Translations under genes and position numbers: made by a program | Notes under the pieces: generated by a model | Seen by the model: the letters and a program-made list of their open reading frames with translations, nothing else | What the model was told of the DNA's origin: nothing | Databases searched by the model: none | Assembly (NCBI GenBank): GCA_038078835.1 | Contig: JBBTQI010000012.1 | Span: 1 to 53,111, forward strand | Reading direction: 5' to 3' | DNA length: 53,111 nucleotides | Source: Patescibacteria group bacterium | GTDB lineage: Bacteria; Patescibacteriota; UBA1384; XYA2-FULL-43-10; 1-14-0-10-43-13 | In this document: in pieces, positions 18,145 to 27,858 of the stretch | Layout: each line of letters opens with the position of its first letter | Position numbering within the stretch: the stretch's first letter is position 1

Positions 18145-19914
18145 ATGACGCAAAACAACGATCAAACCAAAAAACTTCTTTCCTATCTTCGGCCGTATCT
18201 GGGACCGATTATTTTAACATTGACAGCAATCATTGCGGCCCGGGCGGCGACCACCGTGGAGCCGTTCTACCTCAAGCAAATCATTGATTTCATCATCGCC
18301 CGGACCGGCCAGGCCGCCATCACCGATCCCGACCTGCTGCGCCTCCTGGTCATTTATTTCGCTCTGCGCATCGCCGCTTTCATCTTTGAATTTCTTCGCG
18401 ATTACGTCTTTGCTCCGGTGGAGATGGGCGTCGGCCGCAACATTGCACGCGATCTTTTCAACCACCTCCTCCACCTGCCTCTGGGTTATCACCACGACCA
18501 GAAAACCGGCACCCTGGCCCGGCGCATCAGCCGCGGCGCCCAATCCATTAACTTCATCCTTGATTTTCTGGTTAGCAGTATCCTGCCGACTCTCTTTGAG
18601 TTAATCTTTGTAACTGCCCTGCTTTTACGCTTCTATCCGCTCTATTTTAGTTTAATTACCCTTGCTACCGTCCTGGCTTACGCCGCCTTTACCATTCTCA
18701 CAACCGAACTGCGCCAGCGCTACCGTCTCGCCGCCAATGTGGCCGAGGATGAGTCGTCCGGCGTCCAAATCGAGACGATCTACAACATTGAAACGGTCAA
18801 ATATTTTGGTAATGAACAGTTTCAGCGCAAAAAGTTCCTCGATCGGCTCAATGAGTGGTACCGGGCCAGCGTCAGGTCGAATCAGCTGTTTGGCGCGATC
18901 AGCGCCGGCCAATCCCTTATTCTTCTTCTGGGCTTTGGCCTCATTATCTATCTTGCCGTGAGACAGGCCCTGGCCGGAATACTCACAGTCGGCGACCTTG
19001 TCCTGTTGACCACATACGTTGTCCGACTCTCTGTGCCGATCAGCACGCTCGGTTTTGTCTATCGCCGCATTAAAGATGGACTGACTGATATCTCGGAGAT
19101 GATGAAGATGCTGCAAGTCAGGCCGGATTTGGCCGCCGGCACGGCCAATCGAACCATTGCCAAGCCAAAGGGCAAGGTGGAGCTTTGCCATATTAATTTT
19201 CAATATGGCCGCCGAACCGTTTTACAAGATCTGACATTGCTTGCTCTGCCCGGCCAGCGCGTGGCGATTGTCGGACCATCGGGCTCGGGTAAATCTACGC
19301 TCGTTAAACTCCTCTTTCGGCTCTATCGTCCTCAAGGCGGACAGATCAATCTTGACGGGGTTGACCTTCAAGCAATTTTTACCAATCAACTTTATGATCT
19401 TGTTGCGCTGGTACCGCAGGAGACCGTTCTTTTTAATGACACTATCGCCGAAAACATCCGATTTGGCAAACCGGGGGCCAGTGACCGCGAGGTCGCCACG
19501 GCCGCCCGGTTGGCTAACCTGAGCGATCTGATTGAGCGATTACCCGAAGGCACGGATACCATTGTTGGCGAACGCGGCGTTAAACTCTCCGGCGGCGAAA
19601 AACAGCGGGTAGCGATCGCTCGCGCTATCATCAAAAACCCTCATATTTTAGTTTTTGATGAGGCCACCAGCAATCTTGATGCCGAATCGGAACGGGAAGT
19701 TTTGAAATCTATCCGGCAGGTTTCACAAGGACGAACCACGATCACCATTGCTCACCGCCTGCCGACTATCACTGATAGCGACGTGATCTATGTTATGGAT
19801 CGCGGCCGGATTGTTGAGAGCGGCACACACCCGGAGCTTTTGCGGCGAGGGGGTCTCTACTCTCGCCTCTGGCGCGCTTACGAGCGCGAGCACGCCGAGA
19901 TAAATCAGACTTGA
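18145..19914 (+). CDS. ABC exporter, fused permease/ATPase (Atm1/HMT1-like)
   Basis: TM domain, Walker A GPSGSGKS, LSGGEKQR, DEATS, IAHRL. Confidence 0.92.
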   Translation: MTQNNDQTKKLLSYLRPYLGPIILTLTAIIAARAATTVEPFYLKQIIDFIIARTGQAAITDPDLLRLLVIYFALRIAAFIFEFLRDYVFAPVEMGVGRNIARDLFNHLLHLPLGYHHDQKTGTLARRISRGAQSINFILDFLVSSILPTLFELIFVTALLLRFYPLYFSLITLATVLAYAAFTILTTELRQRYRLAANVAEDESSGVQIETIYNIETVKYFGNEQFQRKKFLDRLNEWYRASVRSNQLFGAISAGQSLILLLGFGLIIYLAVRQALAGILTVGDLVLLTTYVVRLSVPISTLGFVYRRIKDGLTDISEMMKMLQVRPDLAAGTANRTIAKPKGKVELCHINFQYGRRTVLQDLTLLALPGQRVAIVGPSGSGKSTLVKLLFRLYRPQGGQINLDGVDLQAIFTNQLYDLVALVPQETVLFNDTIAENIRFGKPGASDREVATAARLANLSDLIERLPEGTDTIVGERGVKLSGGEKQRVAIARAIIKNPHILVFDEATSNLDAESEREVLKSIRQVSQGRTTITIAHRLPTITDSDVIYVMDRGRIVESGTHPELLRRGGLYSRLWRAYEREHAEINQT

Positions 19915-20047
19915 TCTTTCTTGGCGCGTCTGACAAAATAACCTGCCGGAGATCGCCTGTCCCGCCTGTCGCATCCCGGTGCCGACAGACAGGCCAATCC
20001 GGAAGGAGGTGTGTGATGTGCGGAGCCGTTACGGCAGATGAGTTCTC

Positions 20048-20428
20048 GTGGTTTACGGCGTGGATGCGGTACTTGTGTGGTTTTTCTACCACCGGCGCCA
20101 AGAAGAGATCACGGGGGTCGAGGAGCCTTTGCCTGCCGAGCATAATCCCTCGGGCTTTTCGGCCGAAAAAAGCGATTTGGTGCTAGCGCAAATCGGGGTG
20201 CCGCTCTACCTGGCCGCCCTAATCTCCCGCCAGGGATTTCAGCGCGTCTCCCCAGACAAACTGACCGAACTTGCCGGAAAGGAGGCGCCCGATATTCTGG
20301 CCGCCGTCACGACCGTCATGGAGGAGCACGTTGCTGCTCCAACCTGGCGCCAACAACGGCAGGTCGCACTTGAGAAATTGCTCGAGGCCCTGGCAACCGG
20401 CGAACTTCGCCGCGAGGACCTCCTCTAA
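20048..20428 (+). CDS. Hypothetical protein with an uncertain or disrupted 5' end
   Basis: 126-aa ORF followed by a GC hairpin. A strong AGGAGG at 20004-20009 lies upstream, but an in-frame TGA intervenes at 20039. Confidence 0.45.
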   Translation: MVYGVDAVLVWFFYHRRQEEITGVEEPLPAEHNPSGFSAEKSDLVLAQIGVPLYLAALISRQGFQRVSPDKLTELAGKEAPDILAAVTTVMEEHVAAPTWRQQRQVALEKLLEALATGELRREDLL

Positions 20429-20433
20429 TCCGT

Positions 20434-20473
20434 CCCCCCGCCGGATCTACCCCTGATGGCCTCGGCGGGGGGT
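20434..20473. terminator. GC-rich hairpin between convergent genes
   Basis: CCCCCCGCCG...CGGCGGGGGG stem. Confidence 0.55.
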
Positions 20474-20492
20474 GCTTCTTACTAACGATGTG

Positions 20493-21464
20493 CTAAACAT
20501 CGACGCTTTTGAGAGTAGTTTTGATAATCTCGGCGGATTTAAGAAGACCATCCTTCTCGGTTGAGGAGAGATTAATATCAAGAATCCGCTCGGCGCCATT
20601 GCGGCCGATTACCGCCGGCAGAGAGAGACAAATATCCTTGATGCTATGCTGGCCGGTTAAGTAAACTGAGACGGGAAAGACATGTTTCTCGTCGTAGAGA
20701 ATCGCTCGCACCAATCTGGCCGCCGCCAAGCCGATACCATAGCAAGTGAATCCTTTTTTGCCGATAAGAAAGGCGGCGGCGTCTCGCGCCTTAACGTAAG
20801 CGCTCTCAACCTTATCTTTCCTATACTGGGGCAGATTTGTGATTGGCTCGCCCATTACATTGCAGTGGGAGTAAACAGGAACGGAGCTGTCACCGTGCTC
20901 GCCGATTAAATAAGCGCCCATACTCTCCGTGGCCACACCAAACTCCTCGGCCAGAAAATAGCGAAAGCGCGATGAGTCAAGCGTGGTGCCCGTCCCGAAA
21001 ACCCGATTGGGCGGAAACCCTGACCGCTTTAGGGCAACATAAGTCAAAACATCCAACGGATTGGTCACCATCATAATGACAGCTTCCCGAGTGTATTTTT
21101 TGATATTTGAGACTATCTCGCCAACAATCTTGGCATTTGTTTTGGCCAAATCGAGCCTGGTTTGGCCGGGTTTCTGGGCCAGCCCGGCGCTGATCATTAT
21201 CACCCTGGCGTCACGGCAATCCTCATATTTACCGGCCGATATTTTAACCTCCGGAATAAAGGAGAGACCGTGCTCCAGATCGCTCGCCTCGCCAAGACAT
21301 TTATCCTCGTTAACATCAATGAGAACGATCTCCGAGGCAACGCCCTCAATCATCATAGCGTACGCCGCTGATGTGCCAACCGCGCCCGTGCCGATAATCA
21401 CAACCTTGTTGGGCTCGCACGCCTTTACCTGACCGCCTCTGCCTGAGAACAACTTCTTAATCAT
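20493..21464 (-). CDS. ldh: L-lactate dehydrogenase
   Basis: Motifs GTGAVG, AGLAQKPGQTRLDL (the Gln is typical of LDH), NPLD, LDSSR, GEHGDS. Confidence 0.92.
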   Translation of the reverse strand: MIKKLFSGRGGQVKACEPNKVVIIGTGAVGTSAAYAMMIEGVASEIVLIDVNEDKCLGEASDLEHGLSFIPEVKISAGKYEDCRDARVIMISAGLAQKPGQTRLDLAKTNAKIVGEIVSNIKKYTREAVIMMVTNPLDVLTYVALKRSGFPPNRVFGTGTTLDSSRFRYFLAEEFGVATESMGAYLIGEHGDSSVPVYSHCNVMGEPITNLPQYRKDKVESAYVKARDAAAFLIGKKGFTCYGIGLAAARLVRAILYDEKHVFPVSVYLTGQHSIKDICLSLPAVIGRNGAERILDINLSSTEKDGLLKSAEIIKTTLKSVDV

Positions 21465-21532
21465 CGCACCTCCTTTATTAAGTCTTTAAAGTCCATCAAG
21501 TCGAAAATCCATAAAGCATCTAGGTTTCAAGA

Positions 21533-22162
21533 CTAGAAGAGACTGATCTGCCGGTTGATTTGATTTGGCTGTTCGGACTCCTCCGCCTCTCGCTCAATCT
21601 TTCTTAAAACCCTGGGGATGTTTTGAAAATCATTCTTAAACTCATTCATAATGCCGGTGCCCCGCAGAGCGGCGGCCGGATGATACATGGGAACAAGGAC
21701 GCGACGCTGACCGGCAGTCATGATCCATTTAGGCTTGCCGTGAACTTGCGAGATCTTTGCTCCGGGCAAAAACTTAGCCATCGAAAATCGGCCGAGAGTG
21801 ACGATAACTTGCGGGTCGATAATCTCAATCTGCCGATCAACATAGGGACGGAAAGCGGCAATCTCCTCGGGTGTCGGATCGCGGTTCTCCGATGGACGGA
21901 AATAAACGACATTTGAGATCCAAATCTTTCCTCGCTCGATCCCGATTTCCTTGAGCGTCTCATTTAACAGCTGGCCGGCCTTGCCGACAAAGGGGACACC
22001 TTTCTGGTCCTCAAAGAAACCCGGCGCTTCACCCAGAAAGAAGAATTCGCTTTCGGGATTGCCGTCACCAAAAACAATCTGAGTTGCTCCCTGCCTTAGG
22101 GGCAGGTTTTTATCCTCCTCTGCCTCAGATTTAAGTTGGATCAGCTCATCCTGCTTTGCCAT
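21533..22162 (-). CDS. Uracil-DNA glycosylase, family 4
   Basis: Motifs GEAPG..ED..G.PFVGKAG, RPSENRDP, YHPAAALR. Confidence 0.93.
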   Translation of the reverse strand: MAKQDELIQLKSEAEEDKNLPLRQGATQIVFGDGNPESEFFFLGEAPGFFEDQKGVPFVGKAGQLLNETLKEIGIERGKIWISNVVYFRPSENRDPTPEEIAAFRPYVDRQIEIIDPQVIVTLGRFSMAKFLPGAKISQVHGKPKWIMTAGQRRVLVPMYHPAAALRGTGIMNEFKNDFQNIPRVLRKIEREAEESEQPNQINRQISLF

Positions 22163-22169
22163 AATAATA

Positions 22170-23117
22170 TTATAGCACTCTGGCCAATACTTTGGCCACA
22201 TCGACAGCGCTCTGTGTTTTCATTAATTCGGATTTTAAATTTCTTGCTTCGGGAATTCCTCTAAGATAGGCGGCAAAGCGGCGGCGCATTTGGACAAAGT
22301 TTTTCCGGCCGCCAAAGATACTCTCAAAAATTTTGGCGTGTTCCAGCAGGGCTTGCAAGATAACCCCTAGGGGCAGATTCGTCTTGCTGATGTCGGGATT
22401 AAAAAACCAAGGGTTGCCCCACAGCGCCCGCCCGACCATTACCCCGTCAAGGCCAAATTTTTTCGCCCTCTCCCCTGCCTCGATCCGGCTTTTGATGCCG
22501 CCGTTGCCGATCGCAATAATTCCGCTTTCCCGGATAATTTCGGCGGCGCGGCCGATCAAGTTCCAGTCGGCTTGACCCCGGAACATCTCCTTTTTGGTTC
22601 GGCCGTGAAGCGTAATCGCGGCGGGTTTGACCGCCGTAAGCACCGGCACCCACTTCTCAATGATCGGCTCAGAATAACCGAGGCGGGTCTTCACCGAAAC
22701 CGGCCTCTCCCCCGCCCCCTCCCTGGTTGCTAAAACGATCTCTTGGGCCAGCGAGGGATCGTTAATCAATGATGCCCCGCCATTGTATTTTACTACCTGC
22801 TTATCGGGACAGCCCATATTAATATCAACGCCGTCAAAACCAAGGTCGGCAACAATTTTAGCCGCCCGATAAAATTTTTCTGGGTCAGAGCCAAAAAGTT
22901 GGACTGTGATCGGTCTCTCCGCCTCACCGTAACTTAAGTCAATCCGGATACGCTCCCGCCCCTCCTCCGAACAGAGACCGTCAACCGAGGCGAATTCCGT
23001 AAACATTACGTCGGCTTTACCGTATTTTGCCAGCATAAAACGAAAGGGGGCATCGCTGATGCCCTCCATTGGCGCCGAAACCATAATCGGCGGTTTTAGT
23101 TTTTGCCAAAAATTCAT
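22170..23117 (-). CDS. dus: tRNA-dihydrouridine synthase
   Basis: Motifs APMEG, QLFG, DINMGCP, SVKTRLG, HGRT, GNGG. Confidence 0.94.
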   Translation of the reverse strand: MNFWQKLKPPIMVSAPMEGISDAPFRFMLAKYGKADVMFTEFASVDGLCSEEGRERIRIDLSYGEAERPITVQLFGSDPEKFYRAAKIVADLGFDGVDINMGCPDKQVVKYNGGASLINDPSLAQEIVLATREGAGERPVSVKTRLGYSEPIIEKWVPVLTAVKPAAITLHGRTKKEMFRGQADWNLIGRAAEIIRESGIIAIGNGGIKSRIEAGERAKKFGLDGVMVGRALWGNPWFFNPDISKTNLPLGVILQALLEHAKIFESIFGGRKNFVQMRRRFAAYLRGIPEARNLKSELMKTQSAVDVAKVLARVL

Positions 23118-23767
23118 AACTGCTTGGCGAAGATAATCCAGCGATTCTTGATCGTGCCGGGCGGCCAGCACGTCATAATCGTTATGGTTTTGTCGTCGGG
23201 ATTATCCGGGGTGGCATCGCGAATCGAAAAATCATCGGCCGCCACCACTTTTGAGTCTAAGACTTCGTATTGGTAAGACTGGCGACGGTAATAAACGGTA
23301 AACTTGTTGCCCGCACTTAATTTATTTAAATCCTTAAAAACCTCCTTGTAGTCACCGGGTTTGTTTTCATAATACTTAGAGTGGCCAAAGATAAACATAT
23401 TGCCGTTTTCTTTGGGGTTGCCGGCCAACTCCCGGCTCAGAGCGACACCGCTCTCAATTGCCTTCAGGTAGGCCGCTTCATTTTTTTCGTCGACATTGGG
23501 AATGATCGGCGCCCAAACACCAATAGAGGGAATATCGAGGCCAAAATCTCCAATGTCGACCTTCTTCTGCTCGAAAACCTCCGCTTTCTCCTCCGCGTCT
23601 GTTGCGGGTGCGGTGGTAATAGTCGGACTGATTGTTTTGCGCGGATAAAAAACAAAGACAGCCGCGGCAATGACAAGAACCAAGCCAATCAAAAACACCC
23701 GGCGGCTCGAGGAAAATTTTTTAATCTTCGGCCAGGCGGCCGCCGCTTTGGCAAGAATTACTTTCAT
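23114..23767 (-). CDS. Sortase
   Basis: N-terminal TM; catalytic His (FGHS), Cys (IMTCWPPG) and Arg (NRW). Confidence 0.9.
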   Translation of the reverse strand: MKVILAKAAAAWPKIKKFSSSRRVFLIGLVLVIAAAVFVFYPRKTISPTITTAPATDAEEKAEVFEQKKVDIGDFGLDIPSIGVWAPIIPNVDEKNEAAYLKAIESGVALSRELAGNPKENGNMFIFGHSKYYENKPGDYKEVFKDLNKLSAGNKFTVYYRRQSYQYEVLDSKVVAADDFSIRDATPDNPDDKTITIMTCWPPGTIKNRWIIFAKQL

Positions 23768-23792
23768 TCTTGGGCTCCTTTTCAATTAAGAG

Positions 23793-23827
23793 TCCCGCAC
23801 CCTCCGCCGGTTGCGGATGGTGCGGGA
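23793..23827. terminator. Hairpin built around a REP-like core
   Basis: TCCCGCACC...GGTGCGGGA stem enclosing TCCGCCGGTTGCGGA. Confidence 0.5.
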
Positions 23828-23851
23828 TATCGCAAATGAAAAAGCTGGAAA

Positions 23852-26800
23852 TCAGAAGAGGCTGGCCAGAAGACCGATCATCTTTGCCCAAATTGAATCA
23901 GGCGCGGTTTCGGCTATACCGGTTACCGGCAAAACCCCCGGCGTGCCGCTTACCTGACTGGTGTTGGCAGAGATGTTCCCGGTGCTATCGTAACTTTTCA
24001 CAACATAGTAGTATTTGGTGCCGTTAGTCAATCCTGTATTCTCGTAACTGGTCGTGGTGGTGTTGCTGATTGTTGTGAGCAGATCGCCGACCGTACCCTC
24101 GGTAGTCGAGCGGTAGATCTTAATGCCGGCGAGGTCTGATTCGGTTGGATTACTCCACGATAGAGTCACCTTGCTGTCTCCGGCCGAAGCGGCAATGTTG
24201 GTTGGCGCCGAGGGCGCTGTGCTGTCCGTGGCCGCCGTGACGGCAAAGGAGGTGAAGTGGGAGGATTGACCCGTAACCAATATCTCATCCGTGGCGTCGG
24301 TGAGATCGCCATCACTATTGGCGTCCCGCTCGATGTAATTAACCGAGCCTTCAAGCGGCGCCCACTTGCCGTTCTCCTCATCGTAATAACTCATCGTCGC
24401 CTTTTTACCGATATCGCTGACCTCCAAGCCGGCGCCGGTGAGATCGCCTCTTTCAATAGGAATAGTGATAGCGACGCTTGAGTTTGTCGAGCTAATCGAC
24501 TGGCCGGATGAGTCAGAGACGGAGATATCAAGACCGGCGTCGCCAAGAGGTTTATCCAGAAGGTGATGGGGCAACTCTACCGTTGACCGTGCCGTCAGCG
24601 TCGCATTGTTTCCCTCGCCGTCAAGATCAAGAGCATCTTGAGGAATTGAGACTTGAGCGCCGCTCATCGAACCATCCGTTAATTTAACCAGCTTTGAGTT
24701 GTCGGTGTCAAAGGTCGTCGTCACCGGGGATGAAAGCGCATCGCCACTCGCAACTGTCAGGTTTTCCGTGAATGATTTTGCCGAAGAAGTATCAAGTCCC
24801 TGGCTTTTAGCCAAAAGAGGTGTCGGTTGAGCCGAACTGGTTGACAATTCATCCTTTTCGGCGACGACTCTCCACTCGCCGGAGGCAACCTTCATTGTGT
24901 AATTGCCGGATGAATCTGTGGTCGTCTCGATCGATTCGCCGTCCTTTGAGTAGGCGGTGACAAAAGCCGAATTAACGGCGGTGCCGTCAGATTTACTGAC
25001 CTTGCCGGCCAGCGTCACATCAGCCGCTTGGAATGTTAAGGTAAGACTCTTGCTGTCGTTTTTGGCCAGAGTTAGAGCCGAACCCTTCGGCGGCAGCCAA
25101 TTGTTGTTGCGCAGTGTCTCTGGAGGCAGAAAAGCCTTAAGGGTATAGTCATCGGCAGGCAAACTCAATGTTGCTTGACCGTTGGCATCGGTCAGATTGC
25201 CGGTGTTAAAGAAGTGGTCGATCTTGCTAAAGCTGTCTGTCTTGCGGTTATCCGCCTCAACAAAGGCGTTGGCGACGGCATTGCCGCTGGGATCCTTGAC
25301 CGTGACCGCAACCGTTGTGGTTGCCTTTTTCATAACGATATCCTTGGTGTGGGTTTGCCCGGCAACCGGCGTAACCGCGGCATCGCTAAAGGGTTGAGGA
25401 AAGTAGCCGGTTTTCGGGTCGACGAAGTAGCCAAGATTTAATTTGCCGCCGGCGGAAGGTACCCGCATCGAATAAGTGCCGTCGGCAGAGTTGACATCAC
25501 CGGGAATGAAGGCGCCCTTTGAGTTTGAGGCCGTGACAAAGGCAAAGATATTTTTAACGGTGTTGCCATCCTCGTCTTTAAGTGTGCCGCTGATCGTTGA
25601 ATCATTCGCCAGCAATTTGATAACAGCCGTAGCGTTTCCGCTTGTGACATCAACGCGAGTGACGTCGCCGGCAGAGTAATCGGAGCCCGGGGGCGTCATC
25701 ATAAACAGGTCGTAAACTCCGGCCGGGACTTGCATGGTCGCCATTCCGGGCATATTGGGATCAATCGGCTGACCGAGCCCGCCGCCCTTATCGAAATTAT
25801 CGCCGGCATCGGAGCTGACAAGCTCTGCCTCAATAAAGCCATGTTCTTGTACATTGTTGCCGCTTGAATCTTGAATGGTGACGCCGATAGAACGATCGGC
25901 CACCAGAGCGTCAAAAGTTGCCGTCGGCGTGTTGTCGGCGACCGTCACAAATTGCGGCCCGCCCATAACGACATATTTCTGACTGGCTTGCTGGCCCTCT
26001 TGGGCATAAGCCTTCTCGGCTAATCTAAGCCAGCGCAGAAAACCCATCGGTCCCCCTTCTTCGCCGCCGGGACCGCCCTCGCCCTTTGGCCCGCCCATAC
26101 CGGTAAAGGCCATACAGCCCCACTCGCCGTTAACGGCTGGAATGGAGGCAACACCGTCTGCTCCGGTTCGACCCATCGTAAACCCTTGGCCGCGAACACG
26201 GAAACAGCCAACCTCAAAGTTGGGCAAGCCCGACTTGCCGACATTTTCGCGAACGGTCGCCGAGATGGTTTTGTCCATCTTGGTTAATGTGATGGTGCCT
26301 AAATCCTTGGTCTCGTTATCTGAAACCGTGATCGGGTCGCGTTCCGGCATCATATACTTATCGCCGGCTTGGCTGGGATCCATAAACATATCTATATTGT
26401 AAGATCCGGGCGGGACTCTCACCGAAAATGAAGCATTTTGCGGATCCAGCCCGGTACCGGTACCGAAGCCGCTCTTATTAAAGATACCGACCCCGGCGAA
26501 ACCGCCCGGATTGGGGCTGACCGCACCCTTAATGGTTGCCGAGGCGGTTACAACCGTAAAGTTAACATCCGCTTTTGATTCAATCGTTTCGTCTTTGGTA
26601 AACTTGACCATAGTGCCGGGACCGGAGTAAGCATAATCCGGCGCTGTCTGACCGGGGCCGGCATAAGTATCGGGGCGAATCTCCCAGCGTCCGCCTGCCA
26701 ACCGTAACGTGTAATTTCCATTAACGTCAGCCTCAGTGTTCATAAAACCGGGGCCGTCCGTCCGCATTGCCGCTACCCGACCATTGGCGACAACTGCACC

Positions 26801-27634
26801 GCTTTGGCGCGTTATTTTGCCGGTAATGGTTTTGGTCGCGTTCTTTAAGGTAAAGTCGTGGGTTGTCGCCGTTCCCGCGTAAGTAAACTCGTAATCATCA
26901 GCGGGGACGAAGCCCTTAGCAGCACCGTTGGGGTCGGGATTAATAAATGTTCTAACTATATATGTTCGTCCCGATGTTAAATCGCCAATGCCATAATTGC
27001 CGTTATCATCAGTAGAAGAGCCGAAACGAGCACTAAAATCCGTCTTGTCCTGGGCCTCAATATAAACGCCGCCCACGCCGGTGCCGCCGGGGTTTTTGAC
27101 CGTCCCGGAAAGCGCGATCGTCCCAATGGTAACTGTCCCCATACCGCTGTCGGTCGCGGCCATACCCTGATAGGTGAAAATTTGAATTTGGTATTTGCCG
27201 GATTTAGGGGGGTTGACAATATTCTGCAAAACCACTGTCACCTCGGAAGCCGGCAGATCTTGAGCTTGCAAGCCGACACTTCCACCGCTCGCCTCCACAT
27301 TAACATTCTCAATAGAAGCAATAGAGCTCGAGGTGCCCGCGCCAAGACCGGCACTTTGAACCGAACCCAGATTAAATGATGCGTCCGGCGGCCCGAATAT
27401 GTTAATACTGACAAAAGAAGAACCGCTCAAAGCGGTTGCGGGGGTAAACTTTATGGTATAATTCGCACTTGCCCCCTTGGTTGCACTGGAAGGAGTCACG
27501 CTGACCGAACTGATCGCCCCGGCCTTGGCGCGGGGAACAGTTGACCGCTGACCTCCGCCATTAAAAATAAAAGTGTAGCCAAAAACAAGTGCTAAGATAA
27601 GCACCTTGGCCACGAGTTTCCTATATCGCCACAT
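23852..27634 (-). CDS. Large cell-surface protein: tandem carboxypeptidase-regulatory-like beta-sandwich repeats, FN3 domain, C-terminal LPVTG
   Basis: Signal peptide; repeated 'GTVK..G..V....V....TD..GNY' units; FN3 pattern (PSAPTNI..VTLSW..GLTNGTKYYYVVKSYD); LPVTG 21 aa from the end. Confidence 0.88.
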   Translation of the reverse strand: MWRYRKLVAKVLILALVFGYTFIFNGGGQRSTVPRAKAGAISSVSVTPSSATKGASANYTIKFTPATALSGSSFVSINIFGPPDASFNLGSVQSAGLGAGTSSSIASIENVNVEASGGSVGLQAQDLPASEVTVVLQNIVNPPKSGKYQIQIFTYQGMAATDSGMGTVTIGTIALSGTVKNPGGTGVGGVYIEAQDKTDFSARFGSSTDDNGNYGIGDLTSGRTYIVRTFINPDPNGAAKGFVPADDYEFTYAGTATTHDFTLKNATKTITGKITRQSGAVVANGRVAAMRTDGPGFMNTEADVNGNYTLRLAGGRWEIRPDTYAGPGQTAPDYAYSGPGTMVKFTKDETIESKADVNFTVVTASATIKGAVSPNPGGFAGVGIFNKSGFGTGTGLDPQNASFSVRVPPGSYNIDMFMDPSQAGDKYMMPERDPITVSDNETKDLGTITLTKMDKTISATVRENVGKSGLPNFEVGCFRVRGQGFTMGRTGADGVASIPAVNGEWGCMAFTGMGGPKGEGGPGGEEGGPMGFLRWLRLAEKAYAQEGQQASQKYVVMGGPQFVTVADNTPTATFDALVADRSIGVTIQDSSGNNVQEHGFIEAELVSSDAGDNFDKGGGLGQPIDPNMPGMATMQVPAGVYDLFMMTPPGSDYSAGDVTRVDVTSGNATAVIKLLANDSTISGTLKDEDGNTVKNIFAFVTASNSKGAFIPGDVNSADGTYSMRVPSAGGKLNLGYFVDPKTGYFPQPFSDAAVTPVAGQTHTKDIVMKKATTTVAVTVKDPSGNAVANAFVEADNRKTDSFSKIDHFFNTGNLTDANGQATLSLPADDYTLKAFLPPETLRNNNWLPPKGSALTLAKNDSKSLTLTFQAADVTLAGKVSKSDGTAVNSAFVTAYSKDGESIETTTDSSGNYTMKVASGEWRVVAEKDELSTSSAQPTPLLAKSQGLDTSSAKSFTENLTVASGDALSSPVTTTFDTDNSKLVKLTDGSMSGAQVSIPQDALDLDGEGNNATLTARSTVELPHHLLDKPLGDAGLDISVSDSSGQSISSTNSSVAITIPIERGDLTGAGLEVSDIGKKATMSYYDEENGKWAPLEGSVNYIERDANSDGDLTDATDEILVTGQSSHFTSFAVTAATDSTAPSAPTNIAASAGDSKVTLSWSNPTESDLAGIKIYRSTTEGTVGDLLTTISNTTTTSYENTGLTNGTKYYYVVKSYDSTGNISANTSQVSGTPGVLPVTGIAETAPDSIWAKMIGLLASLF

Positions 27635-27858
27635 TTGCCCTCCTATATTAGTAACAATACAAAACAAAAGCCTTTTGCGTTCTTTTACTATTTTATAATA
27701 CAGGAAACGATTGTCAAGCAAAAAATAATTTATGGGCGATTAATCGTCTTTCCTAATGATTATTTTTTAGAAACAGTCAAGCGGCGCGCAAAATCTTATC
27801 AACCGCGCTATAATATACTATACTTTACTGCATTGCATTAAACAGCAGGGCAAGATCG

